A DNA stretch of 64,000 bases from Tubulanus polymorphus (Eukaryota > Animalia > Nemertea): contig NC_134029.1 of NCBI RefSeq assembly GCF_964204645.1, forward strand, positions 12,364,850 through 12,428,849, given 5' to 3'. The first letter of the stretch is position 1, and the number at the start of each line of letters is the position of its first letter. The notes under the pieces are model-generated. The model worked only from the letters and a program-made list of their open reading frames with translations. It was not told the DNA's origin and did not search any database. Both the position numbers and the translations under genes were made by a program. This document shows positions 52,020 through 62,578 of this stretch, one piece after another.

Positions 52020-52520
52020 TATTAGTTGAAAATTGTATAAAATAATAGTAAATAAAAAAGGGTTTTTTAAGTATTTAAGGTATTTAAGGTATCTAATACA
52101 TATCTAATACAATCTAATACATAAAATATCCTATTTTATAAACTGATATTCATATGGAAATTGAAACCTCAGTAATAATAAATAACCTTTATTATTTTCA
52201 AACTTATTCATATATTAGTTGAAAAAATAAAAATAAATTGGTTGAAAATTGTATAAATAATATTTATTTTGAAAAAGGGGTTTTAAGTATTTAAGGTATC
52301 TAGTAGGGTATCAGGTATTAGGGTATCAGGTATTAGGGTATCTAATAGGGTATCAGGTATTAGGGTATCTAATAGGGTATCAGGTATTAGGGTATCTAAT
52401 AGGGTATCTAATACATAGGTATACAAATAGTTATTTTACAAATTTATATTCATAGGGAAATATATTCATCTCAGTAATAATTTTGAACCTTTATTATTCT
52501 TTAATTTATTCATATATTCA
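52020..52520. repeat. Intergenic duplication with an expanded TAGGGTATC minisatellite between convergent gene blocks
   Basis: Unit GTTGAAAATTGTATAAA...CTCAGTAATAAT...TTATTCATATATT occurs twice. The second copy carries the array at ~52300-52412. Confidence 0.75.
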
Positions 52521-52529
52521 TCATGAAAT

Positions 52530-53039
52530 TCAGTAGGTATAATTTGATTCCAATGATTGTTGCATAGATTTTTTATCTTTGTTATAAAATAAAACTAGAA
52601 ATCTTATATTCTCCCTAAAGTCTTTAACAATTGAATTATATTTTTGATTTAAAACCCATGTTGTTATCCCAAAATGTCTCCCAGAGAAAGCTAAATAACA
52701 TAACTCACTTTCTCTCACTTTTGAATCATGTAAATTAGCGCAAACATCTACAATGAATAATGTATTTGATCCTTTATAGATATCAATTGCTATTTTTAAA
52801 CAATTATCTAAATTTTCTTTTACTGTTTTAGGATCTAATATAATAAACTTTTTTATCTTAATTATATCTCTATTATATGTTTTATTCATTTCATAAGTAG
52901 GACAGAATAATATTATATTATCAAAATGATTCTTATAAATAGTTTCTAACAAATCTAATATGAAATGTGTTTTACCACAGTTTGTTACCCCAGTAACTAA
53001 CATATTATGCGGTTCAAATATAAATAAATCTTTATTCAT
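52530..53039 (-). CDS. A32/FtsK-like genome-packaging ATPase (probably degenerate)
   Basis: Walker A GVTNCGKT, Walker B LFIVDV (DD expected), and GRHFGI...LNQ. Confidence 0.88.
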   Translation of the reverse strand: MNKDLFIFEPHNMLVTGVTNCGKTHFILDLLETIYKNHFDNIILFCPTYEMNKTYNRDIIKIKKFIILDPKTVKENLDNCLKIAIDIYKGSNTLFIVDVCANLHDSKVRESELCYLAFSGRHFGITTWVLNQKYNSIVKDFRENIRFLVLFYNKDKKSMQQSLESNYTY

Positions 53040-53169
53040 TTATTCTTTTAATTTTACTAGATAAAATCCATTCATTAAATTTATCATCATACCCTTTATA
53101 TTTCACCAAAGAATACTTTTTTCCTTTTAGAGTTTTTGTTTTCAATACTTTTTCTATTTTGTATTCTAT
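53032..53169 (-). pseudogene. Chromodomain C-terminus of the Maverick integrase, separated by the BEL insertion
   Basis: IEYKIEKVLKTKTLKGKKYSLVKYKGYDDKFNEWI continues NLDEI from 56171 once the LTR element and one TSD are removed. Confidence 0.88.
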
Positions 53170-53416
53170 TGTTGAATATTGTAAGCAAGCTTATCTGTAT
53201 ATCCTGTTGTTACGGTTTATGGTCGAGTTAGTTCACGGTTTATTACTCACATTATTTGTACCTTATATAAATACAGTATTGGGAATGAATTCTATGTCAT
53301 TTGTATCTGCGATATACGTGTGTGTGTTATTGGTCTCTGGTGCGCCCGTTTAAGGGCCCGATCGTCGCAGAGTTTTCTACATTTTTGGTCCCTCAAGCCC
53401 TCGAGCCTGGAAGTAC

Positions 53417-54541
53417 GTGATGGCAGAAGACGGACGGCAAAGCGAAGGCTACAAAGGCCTTGTGCGGAAGAGGACAGCCCAGCGGGGACAAGTCACGATG
53501 ATTTTGAATGACGCAGATTCGGTGGTCAACTCAAGAACAACTCAGGCGCCGGACATCGCGAAACTCGAACGATTGGCGCAGCGACTCGAGAGCAAGATCA
53601 CGCTTCTGACTGACATAAATGAAGAAATGTTGGTGATGATAAAAGATGACAGCGTCTACATGCAAGTTTCGAATGAAGCAGAAGAGGCCATTTCGAATGC
53701 CACTGATCGTAAGTTGTTTTATGAACAATATTTGAAAAATACGACGTTAACCGCTACTAAAGTTAGAACTGAAGGATTTCGGAAATCCACACTTCCGACG
53801 CTTAAATTGCCCACGTTTACTGGGAATCTGCTTGAATGGTCTACCTTTTGGGGGTTGTTTGAATCAACAGTGCATAATAATTCAGCGTTTTCTAACATTG
53901 AGAAATATAGTTATTTGCTCGGTCAAATTTGTGGTGACGCTAGAAGTTGTATTGACGGTCTTCCTATGACTTCAGACAACTATGATAGTGCCGTTGAATT
54001 ATTACAAAATCGTTTTGGTCAGACGCACCGTTTGTCAAAAGCATATTTGCAGGCTTTAACTGAATTGAATCCGCCAACAGCTGAAGTTTCGTCGTTAAGG
54101 CGTTTTTATGATAGTTCTGAAACGTATATTCGACATCTCGGTTCAATTGGTATTTCTACGGAATCCTACGGCGTGATGCTTGTTCCAGCTATGTTGGACA
54201 AGTTACCTTACGATGTTAAAATGTCTATGGAAATTATGTGTAATAAACCTGATAGTGATTGGTGTTTATCTGAGCTCAGAGAAGCTTTGCTTGTCCAAAT
54301 TCAATTAAAGGAATCATGCATGTCACCAGAAACGAACGCGCCTATTCAATCGTTGCATTTAAATATCAATTCAAAACAATCTGTTAATTCGAAACCCGTC
54401 AGGAATGTTACTCGAAACTGTGTGTACTGTTGTAAATCTCATTTGCCATCAGATTGTTTTTATGTTACCGACGTTAGGAAGAGAAAGGACATCGTTCAGA
54501 AGGCAGGCTTATGTTTTAATTGCAACGAGGCTTCACGGTAG
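53417..54541 (+). CDS. gag: BEL/Pao Gag (DUF1759-type), truncated within the zinc knuckles
   Basis: LPTLKLPTFTGNLLEWSTFWGLFESTVH, NYDSAVELLQNRFG, and CVYC..SH...DC...LCFNC. Confidence 0.9.
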   Translation: MMAEDGRQSEGYKGLVRKRTAQRGQVTMILNDADSVVNSRTTQAPDIAKLERLAQRLESKITLLTDINEEMLVMIKDDSVYMQVSNEAEEAISNATDRKLFYEQYLKNTTLTATKVRTEGFRKSTLPTLKLPTFTGNLLEWSTFWGLFESTVHNNSAFSNIEKYSYLLGQICGDARSCIDGLPMTSDNYDSAVELLQNRFGQTHRLSKAYLQALTELNPPTAEVSSLRRFYDSSETYIRHLGSIGISTESYGVMLVPAMLDKLPYDVKMSMEIMCNKPDSDWCLSELREALLVQIQLKESCMSPETNAPIQSLHLNINSKQSVNSKPVRNVTRNCVYCCKSHLPSDCFYVTDVRKRKDIVQKAGLCFNCNEASR

Positions 54542-55805
54542 AATTACAGCGGAAGAAATGCATTCCGCAGAATATTGGTGGATAAAATTCATTCAGGATT
54601 CTGAGTTTCCAAAGGTACGCGAACAATTGACGAAGGTTCAGGGTAACAAAGGTTCTTGCTTGGCCATTGTTAATCAATTACAATTATATATAGGTAACGA
54701 TAATTTGATAAGATGTAGAGGGAGATTGCAAAATGCTCCTATTATCGATTCTGCTAAGACTCCAATATTACTCCCAAAATATCATTACCTTACTCGTTTG
54801 ATAGTGTACAGAGAGCATTGTTACAACTTCCATTCTGGAGTTAATTCTACTATCGCAAAACGCGGTGAGCCGTGCAGTTCATTTGGAGCTTGTGTCAGAT
54901 CTTACTACAGAACAATTCATATTAGCATTTAAGAGATTTGTGTCACGTAGGTCCGTACCTAGACAGCTCATTTCTGATAATGCATCTACGTTCACTTGTG
55001 CTAATGATATTCTGATCCGCATTTTTTCTGCAGTAGAATTTTCGACATATTCATCCCAACGAGGGATTAGTTGGAGATTCATTCCAAAACGTGCGCCGTG
55101 TCACGGCGGATTTTATGAACGATTAGTAGCTTTGGTGAAATCATCAATTTATAAGGTGCTAGGTAGAACCTCCGTGACATTTGATGAGTTGCATACTTTA
55201 GTTACGCAGATTGAAAGTCGATTAAATAACCGTCCAATTACGTATATATCTGATGATCTACGCGACCCGGAACCTCTGACTCCGTCCATGCTCCTTTGTG
55301 GACACCGTCTTACTTCTGTTCCGGTTGCAGATTTTGATAATACTGATCCAGACTTTCGTGTTGATAATGAGAAATTTGTGAAAAGATATAATTATTTGGA
55401 TTCATTGATTACACAATTTTGGAATAGATGGAAGGTGAATATGTGTTAAGTTTACGTGAGTTTCACTGTACTACGGGCCATAATTGATGTGATATTAAGG
55501 TCGGTTCAGTAGCTCAAATTCACGATAGCGGTCCTGGTTTAAGGTGGCGTCTAGGTGTAGTTACTGAATTACAGCTGGGAAACGATGGCCACGTGAGATC
55601 CGCATCTCTTAAAACATCAACCGGATTTACGAATAGAGCTATAAGTTGTTTGTATCCGTTAGAGGTTTGCGCTAAGGAACCCGTAATAAGTTCTTCAGTG
55701 AATGATGCTCCAGTATCAACACGTCCGAAGAGAGCAGCGGCAGTTGCAGCAGAAGCAAAAATTCGTCAACTTTCGCGCCGGGCGGAGGAGTCGGATGATG
55801 ATTAA
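54540..55805 (+). pseudogene. BEL/Pao integrase remnant
   Basis: LIRCRGRL, HSGV, RAVHLELV, SDNA, GGFYERLV, LNNRP and LYPLEV motifs, with an internal deletion and stops. Confidence 0.88.
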
Positions 55806-56170
55806 TTGCGCTCTTGAAATATTTATAATACTTGCTGTTTAAATCGAATTTAATTATTGTATGTATATCTGTATTTTTATTTGAGGTAAACTTGAATGGT
55901 GTAAGAAAATGAAATTGTTATATCAAATTTGAGATTTATATATTTGCGGCGGGAGAAATGTTGAATATTGTAAGCAAGCTTATCTGTATATCCTGTTGTT
56001 ACGGTTTATGGTCGAGTTAGTTCACGGTTTATTACTCACATTATTTGTACCTTATATAAATACAGTATTGGGAATAAATTCTATGTCATTTGTATCTGCG
56101 ATATACGTGTGTGTGTTATTGGTCTCTGGTGCGCCCGTTTAAGGGCCCGATCGTCGCAGAGTTTTCTACA

Positions 56171-56994
56171 TCTATTTCATCTAGATTTGGTACAAGTGAT
56201 AATTCTTGTTCATAGAAATAACCTAATATTTCTTCGTCTTTTAGATCTTCTAGTTTATAAACAAAAGGTTTAGTTAATATTATCTTTTTAATCTTGAATA
56301 TTTCTTCTGTAAAATTAGGGGTATAACCTTTATAAAATGTTTTTCTATATTTAGATATTCTGACATGTTGCCTAATTTTAAATTTAGGTTCTCCGAAATC
56401 ATGTGTAACAAACGCACCATATAAATTATTCCAAACTATTTCCGAATTATCTTCTTTTCTAGATTGTATAGGTTTCATATTTGCTTTTTTATCTGAGTGT
56501 GTTGAAAAATAATCTACATCGTTATCAGATAATAGTTTTTTGAAATGTTTGTTATAAAATTCTTTACCTTCATCAAATTGTATCTTATCTGGAATAGCTT
56601 CTTTAAATATTGATTAAAAAGCATTTTTTACTTCTATACAAGTTTTATTTTTGATTGGAATTGACCATGCGTATCTACTGAATATGTCTATAACATTCAG
56701 TATCCAGAAATATCCTTTGTTGTATTCCTCTAAGTTCTTCATGTCAATTAAATCTGCTTGCCATTGTTGATCGATATATGAAACCATAACTTTTCTTGTT
56801 AAATAAGTTTTATCCATTTTCTTGTGGATTTGATATGTTGGTTGATTTTGTAACCATGATTTTAATTCACTATATTTTATATTACCATTTTCCTTATCAG
56901 ATTTAATTTTATTCCATAATTCTGAAACGTTAGAATATGATACTTCACTTTCTGGGTAATAATATAACTCTCTTAAATATTGTTCTTTTTTCAT
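56171..56994 (-). pseudogene. Maverick retroviral-like (rve) integrase, frameshifted and internally deleted
   Basis: WQADLIDM, VIDIFSRYAW, IQFDEGKEFYN and KGYTPNFTEEIF are present. The ERFNRT segment carrying the catalytic Glu appears deleted (reads SDKKA-NMKP). Confidence 0.9.
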
Positions 56995-57000
56995 CTTATT

Positions 57001-57372
57001 TTAATCCATTATTAATAATTTAGATTTTGTTTCAATGGCTTTATGATTTGACTTATTTTCTGGTATAATAGGTTTATTATCATTGGAATCATTATTGTTA
57101 TAATCAGATTTATACTTATATTTATATATTACACCAGATAATATAATAGTTGTGATTAACCCAATTGTAATATATATGTAATTATTTCTTCCACTATTAG
57201 AAGAATTAGATGGATTATTATTTGAATTAATATCAGATAAAGTCTGTGATTCATTTATATCAGTTAATTTCTTTTTCTTAGCTTTTTTTAATTCTGAAGA
57301 TCTTTTACCTAATTCTCTTGCCCATTTAATTTGTTTTTCAGATCTAACCTTTTTCTTAACGTCATCACTCAT
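57001..57372 (-). CDS. Small basic protein with a single TM helix (123 aa)
   Basis: Lys-rich N-terminus and YIYITIGLITTIILSGVIY. Confidence 0.65.
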   Translation of the reverse strand: MSDDVKKKVRSEKQIKWARELGKRSSELKKAKKKKLTDINESQTLSDINSNNNPSNSSNSGRNNYIYITIGLITTIILSGVIYKYKYKSDYNNNDSNDNKPIIPENKSNHKAIETKSKLLIMD

Positions 57373-57973
57373 TTGTTTTAGTTAATTTTTGTTCTGATTC
57401 ATTTTCTGTTTCGCCATTTGGTTGTAGTACAGCGTCATCTGTTTCGTTCTTACCTGATTTATATTCCATAGGTTTGATATTCGAAAATGTTATGACGCCA
57501 GTAGAAATTAATGTCATAACCGATCCTAATTGAAATGAAGCATATCCGACCCATTTTTGTAATTCAGTCATAACTAAGTAGTCATTTTTCAAATCACTAT
57601 ATAATTTATTTTCATCATCAATTGGTATTAACTGGTTACATAACTTAGAGTAACATTTTATAATACCATCACTTATAGAGTCGTTTATTCTAGCTAATCT
57701 AGCTTCTTCATAAATCTTAAAATATTTTATTACTTTATCGGGTTTCATAGCATCTAATTCTTGAAAAGTTATTATTTTCCCGATAAACTGATTACATTTA
57801 CCACTAGCAATTAATAATTCTAGATGGTGCTTACAATATAAATAGTATTCATAATCAATATAACAATAAATATTATTTTCAATTTTGATTGGAATATCCT
57901 TATTATCACCAATACCTAAATCATCTAATGTTTTTTCAATATCAATACTATTCTTACTCGATTTCTTTGACAT
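57365..57973 (-). CDS. Hypothetical Maverick protein (202 aa) with a hydrophobic C-terminal helix
   Basis: Intact ORF with a TAAATG start, overlapping the next gene. Confidence 0.65.
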   Translation of the reverse strand: MSKKSSKNSIDIEKTLDDLGIGDNKDIPIKIENNIYCYIDYEYYLYCKHHLELLIASGKCNQFIGKIITFQELDAMKPDKVIKYFKIYEEARLARINDSISDGIIKCYSKLCNQLIPIDDENKLYSDLKNDYLVMTELQKWVGYASFQLGSVMTLISTGVITFSNIKPMEYKSGKNETDDAVLQPNGETENESEQKLTKTNE

Positions 57974-58231
57974 TTATATTAGAGAAATTTAATAAGAAAA
58001 ATATTATAAGTATTATAAAATGATATCAGTATCTCTTTAGATTAATACTAGCTTAGTTAAAGGTAAATAATTTTAGTATTAGTTATTGTTTTTTTAGTAT
58101 TTTTTATTTGTGATATAAAGTATTCTTTTTGAAAAGAAAATATTAAAAAAACAATAACTAATACTGGCTAGTTGAAGATATGTAATTTTTAATACTTTTT
58201 ATTTAAAATCTATTATTCTTTAACCACTCAT

Positions 58232-58882
58232 TTAAGACTCAACGTATTGTTCATTATTTGGATCATTGTTCCATTGATCAATAAATTTCTTTGCCTTTGT
58301 TAACTGCTCTAAATATAAATGTAAATCTAGTTTATTAGATTTGATTTGATTTTCTTTCTTTTCTAGAGGTCTTAAATTTTTCCAACCCCAAATAAGGTTT
58401 TTATTGTATTCATCATTCTTGTTAAATTTAGATAACACATGATCAATATGGTAATAATCCCCATAATTATCTATGTTCATTTTATCGTCGAATTGAAATA
58501 TAATCCATGATTTGAGAAATTCATCTGAACAACCCAACAAATTAGATAATGTTTCTGAATGTGTTTCTTTGTTGAATAATTGTGTTAATCTAGATCTTAA
58601 GCATTGTTTCAATCTAAAATTAAGATCTATTTGATATCTTTCTCTCATATATTCTGCCATATAATAATTATAATGTTCTATATTATCTTCTCGGTATTGT
58701 TTGGTATATAGCTTAGTGCAAGTTTTACAGCAATATTGAAAACCATCTTTGCTAATCTTACGCTTACTAAATTCTGTTAAAGCTAATTTATCTAATTCAC
58801 ATTTAGAACACTTCTTGTAGTATATATTTATAACACCAGTGTTATTTGTAATATTAATACTTTGTGGTTGTTCTGGCTCCAT
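58232..58882 (-). CDS. Zn-ribbon plus HNH/endonuclease-VII-like protein of the type common in large DNA viruses
   Basis: KKCSKC...KDG...CKTC, LLGCS, NYG.YYHIDHV and NLRPL...EN..KSNK. Confidence 0.78.
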   Translation of the reverse strand: MEPEQPQSINITNNTGVINIYYKKCSKCELDKLALTEFSKRKISKDGFQYCCKTCTKLYTKQYREDNIEHYNYYMAEYMRERYQIDLNFRLKQCLRSRLTQLFNKETHSETLSNLLGCSDEFLKSWIIFQFDDKMNIDNYGDYYHIDHVLSKFNKNDEYNKNLIWGWKNLRPLEKKENQIKSNKLDLHLYLEQLTKAKKFIDQWNNDPNNEQYVES

Positions 58883-59039
58883 TTATTATACATATTTTTT
58901 TACTAAATTGGTTAATATTTTAGAATCCTCTTCCATTTCTTCGACCAACGTCATCCTTTTTCATTCCTCGCTGCTTTTGATAAGTCGTTTCGATTCTTTG
59001 ATATCTAAATCATACCAGTTACAATACCCGCGTCACATG

Positions 59040-59460
59040 CGGGCATACAGGAGCGCTTTTGCTTAATGCGCATGCGTTAATCATAATTATATATTCATTC
59101 TATAAATTCTGTAAAATAGAAACGACCGGCATAAAATATCAAACCGTGTTCGCATTAGGCAAGACCGGGCATTCAGGCGCGCTTTTGCTTAATGCGCATG
59201 CGTTAATCATAATTATATATTCATTATGCAAATAGAAACGACTGAACATAAAATATCAAAACGTGTTCGCATTAGGCAAGACCGGTCATTCAGGCCCGGT
59301 TTGGATCAATGCGCATGCGCTAATCATAATTATATATTCATTATGTAAATAGAAACAATCGACATGAAATATCTAAATCATACCACTAGGCAAGACCGGG
59401 CATTCAGGCCCGGTTTGGATCAATGCGCATGCGCTAATCATAATAGAAACGACTGAACAT
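59040..59460. repeat. Four ~115-125-bp tandem units, each containing AATGCGCATGCG
   Basis: Unit GGCAAGACCGGGCATTCAGG...AATGCGCATGCG(T/C)TAATCATAAT...TAGAAAC is repeated. Confidence 0.85.
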
Positions 59461-59893
59461 AAAAATTCACCAAACAGATTTACACAATACATTATACAAG
59501 TATGTTCAGTCGTTTCTTCCAATACATCATTTGATTTCTACATATAAAATCTATAATTACAAACATTTTTTCAATTGCTGGTTAATATTCAACTACATCA
59601 ACAAATGTTAAACTTAATCATTGGAGTCTTAATGTTTTTGAAATTCTTATATAGTTTCTTCGTCGATCTTTTGGTGATTCTTATGGTTCTACGCCAGTTT
59701 CTATTGGTTCGATATCCATTGCTGTTGATTCCACAGTCAGAAAGAGTATCTTGAGTTTCTCTATCGCTTCTTGATGCGTATGACATTTTATTAATCTAAA
59801 AGATATCAGCGGTAACTCTAATTATCTAAATGATATACTAAATACACTTAAATATATCTAAAGGTTTCATATTTAATAGCCCTAATAACTACA

Positions 59894-60603
59894 AACAAGA
59901 AAATTAATTTTAGAAAATTATTTGACGCCTGCGAAAAAAATGTATAATTTCTGGGCTAAGCTAATGTGGAATTGCAAATTTGAAATCGAAGTTTTTGGAA
60001 ATTTGGGGAATGATGAGATTTGGCGATTGGGTAGATGATACAGCGGGTCTTCGACTCTAGTAGTGGTTTAAATTTTTTTATTGAAAATTCTCAATAATTG
60101 ATCGCGAACTTGCGACCGACTTCATTTACTTACACATTTTCATATTGACCGCTTGTAGCCGCTGATGAAATTCACGCCGGCCCTACACACATCGTAGATA
60201 GCTTCGTCATTCCACCGGCATGCCCACGTCAGGGTCTGACTTTTATATCAGACTTCCAAATCGTGTATACATCCGCCATTTAACCGAATAATCCGATTTA
60301 CTTATCATTTCTATTTATGCCTGCCGCTTCTGATATAATCATACATCCTTTACTATTACAATACGTCTTCTAATGATATTCAATGCAATATAACATTTCG
60401 ACGTTCAAATATAGGTCATTATATAATCACAGGAAGCCATTCTACATCTATGTCAATAATATTTTGCCGGATAGCTTGTTTGTGTACACATAGACCTGTG
60501 ACGTTTTGCACATCGATTTACGGCTGTCGTTTGTAAAATGACGCTGAATGGTTAACATTGAGTAGGTTTCATAATGGTAACGTTTTATAAGGCGTCAAAA
60601 AAC
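59894..60603 (+). repeat. Host interspersed repeat inserted in the Maverick
   Basis: Collinear with 4114-4325, 4733-5212 and 5744-5790 in the UBE2Q intron. Confidence 0.75.
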
Positions 60604-61102
60604 AGTACTTACATTTAGATTTAGAATTGTAAACTATAAACTCCTAATTGCGTTTCGAGAGAGAATATCTTAAGCGTTATGTTACAGCGCCTATTCAGTT
60701 CCAGTGCGATTTCGAAATGAACACGTCGTCGATTATGACACGTCATCTAGTTCCGGTACACCTTCTAGAATGCTGTACGCGTTTGCAATAGTATGTCTCA
60801 TATGTCTCGGCGTCATAGTAACAGCTGTAACAGCTGTGAATTTATAGATTTATTCAATAGTTCATTACATTAAATGTATATAGGCTCAAATAGAATCATG
60901 TTCTAGTATAAACAGCTATGATTTAAATATGTATTATTTCAATCACACTTTACTAACACTTTTAATGTTTAAAAATCTAACTCATACAAATATGAATATT
61001 GAAATAATGTTTAAAATATATCTATATATCTATTCTATAAGAGCTCACACTTTTATATTGAATAATCTGTCAATTTAAATGTTATTCATTTATATTTTAT
61101 TC

Positions 61103-61310
61103 ATGTATATGAATATTTTAAGAGTAATAGGGGTAATGGGCTTTCAGGCTAAAGGTTGAAGGGGCGAGTGAGTAAAAAATGAAAATAACAATAATTTCCA
61201 GTTGAATTAGGAGTGTGCGCGACTAATTCAACTGGAAATTATTGTTATTTCATTTTTTTACGAGCTCGACCCTTCGACCTTTGGCCTGAAAGCCCATTAC
61301 CCCTATTACT
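61103..61310 (-). repeat. Right TIR (208 bp) containing the same hairpin
   Basis: Reverse complement of 40162-40370. Confidence 0.95.
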
Positions 61311-61316
61311 TCAATA

Positions 61317-62578
61317 TAAAAAATCAATTGAATATAATTTTCCTGCAATAGATTTTAATAAAGATATTTCATACAGAAATGAAGTTTTAGATTCATTAAT
61401 TAATTTAGAAATTCATGTTACTGAAATTAATAATTTTAATGCAAAGATGGAAAATATATTTCATGTATATTTAATTGATTTTAAAAAATTGAAAGATGAA
61501 AAACAATGGTTATTAAAATCTAATATGAAGTATTGGCAAAACCAATTAAATTTTGCTGTTTATTGTGCAACAACAGGATGTGGAATTAGTTGGAATGATC
61601 ATTTGAATAATTCTAAATATGAATTAATTCAAAGTTTATTTAGATTCCATACATACTTTCAAATAAGATTAATATTAAATGAATTAGAGACCCCTTTACC
61701 AGGATCTAGATATTTTAAAGAATTAGGTAATAATATTAATTTATCAAAGTTTTATGAAATTTGTAATGAATTTAATATAGATATAAATAATTTTGATTTT
61801 AGAGCAAAACTTGGAACAATAAGATCACTTCCTTGCCCTAAAAATATTGCGGAATATTGTGCACTTCCCATGCCCATTAATAGTTATTACAATATCTATA
61901 ATAATAAATTAGGTTATGGTAAAATAGAAACTAAGGATTTAGAAACATTAAATTTTAATTACCGAAATTTTATGATAATTTAAAACAAGAAAACAATAAT
62001 GGTTGGGTTTATTTTATTTTAGAAAATAGTGAAGGTTTTACTAAAGCTGGTATACAAAGAATAAATCAATCAATTAGAACTTATTTGATTTGCATATTAT
62101 GATCACAGGTTGAAACAAGATCCCCAATAATTGGAAATTCAAATACATCATTTGATACACAAAAACAAGTATTATTTGAAGATTCCATTTATAATGATGT
62201 AAATAGATCAATTCCAGAAAATATAGTAAGATATCAAAATTATTTAGATAAATCTCATGTAAGATTAAATTATTGTATAGGACCCAATTTATTAATTATT
62301 TCTGATGATTTAATATTAAAGATGGAAAATATAATTGGTTATAATAATCTAATTAAAACCGCAACAATGAATAATAAGTTTGGATTAAATGATATAAATA
62401 AAAAGATTATCACTGCTCCAAAATTAATGGAAGGTGAAAAAAATTAAAAAACATATTCAATCAACAGAAACTAAAACTAAGAATATTAGATTGGATAATG
62501 ATTCTAAAATAAAAGATTACAATACTACAGAAAATATAAAAACTGATATTATTCAACATGAAATAATTAAAACTAAAT
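61317..62578 (+). pseudogene. 3' part of the outer-copy gene whose first 10 codons lie at 40130-40161
   Basis: MAISFPKAFQ (40130) joined to YKKSIEYNFPAIDFNKDISYRNEV matches MVYSFPKAFQYNKSMKYNIPAIDFNKDISYRNEV (46783). Confidence 0.88.

Larger units (their letters stand above)
53170..56170 (+). mobile_element. Non-autonomous BEL/Pao LTR retrotransposon (3,001 bp)
   Basis: 212-bp TGT...ACA LTRs (53170-53381, 55959-56170) with one visible mismatch and 5-bp TSD TCTAT. PBS-like TGGTCCCTC follows the 5' LTR, and purine tract GGCGGGAGAAA precedes the 3' LTR. Confidence 0.95.
40162..61310 (+). mobile_element. Inner Maverick/Polinton (adintovirus-like endogenous virus), 21,149 bp including secondary insertions
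   Basis: AG...CT termini, 6-bp TSD TCAATA (40156-40161, 61311-61316), TIRs, pPolB, capsid proteins, ATPase and rve integrase. Confidence 0.95.
37268..62578 (+). mobile_element. Outer Maverick/Polinton copy: 37268-40161 plus 61311-62578, split by the inner copy and truncated on the right
   Basis: Genes 37530-40161 are collinear paralogues of 44124-46815. The gene broken at 40161 resumes after the TSD at 61317. A terminal-like hairpin lies at 37268-37363. Confidence 0.85.

Noticed and set aside
59598-59786. Arg-rich 62-aa ORF as a viral core protein
   Set aside because: It is short, has no paralogue to compare and lacks an exact TAAATG start, so support is insufficient.
61213-61310. N-terminus of the 256-aa ORF
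   Set aside because: It is translated TIR sequence; the real start is at 40130.
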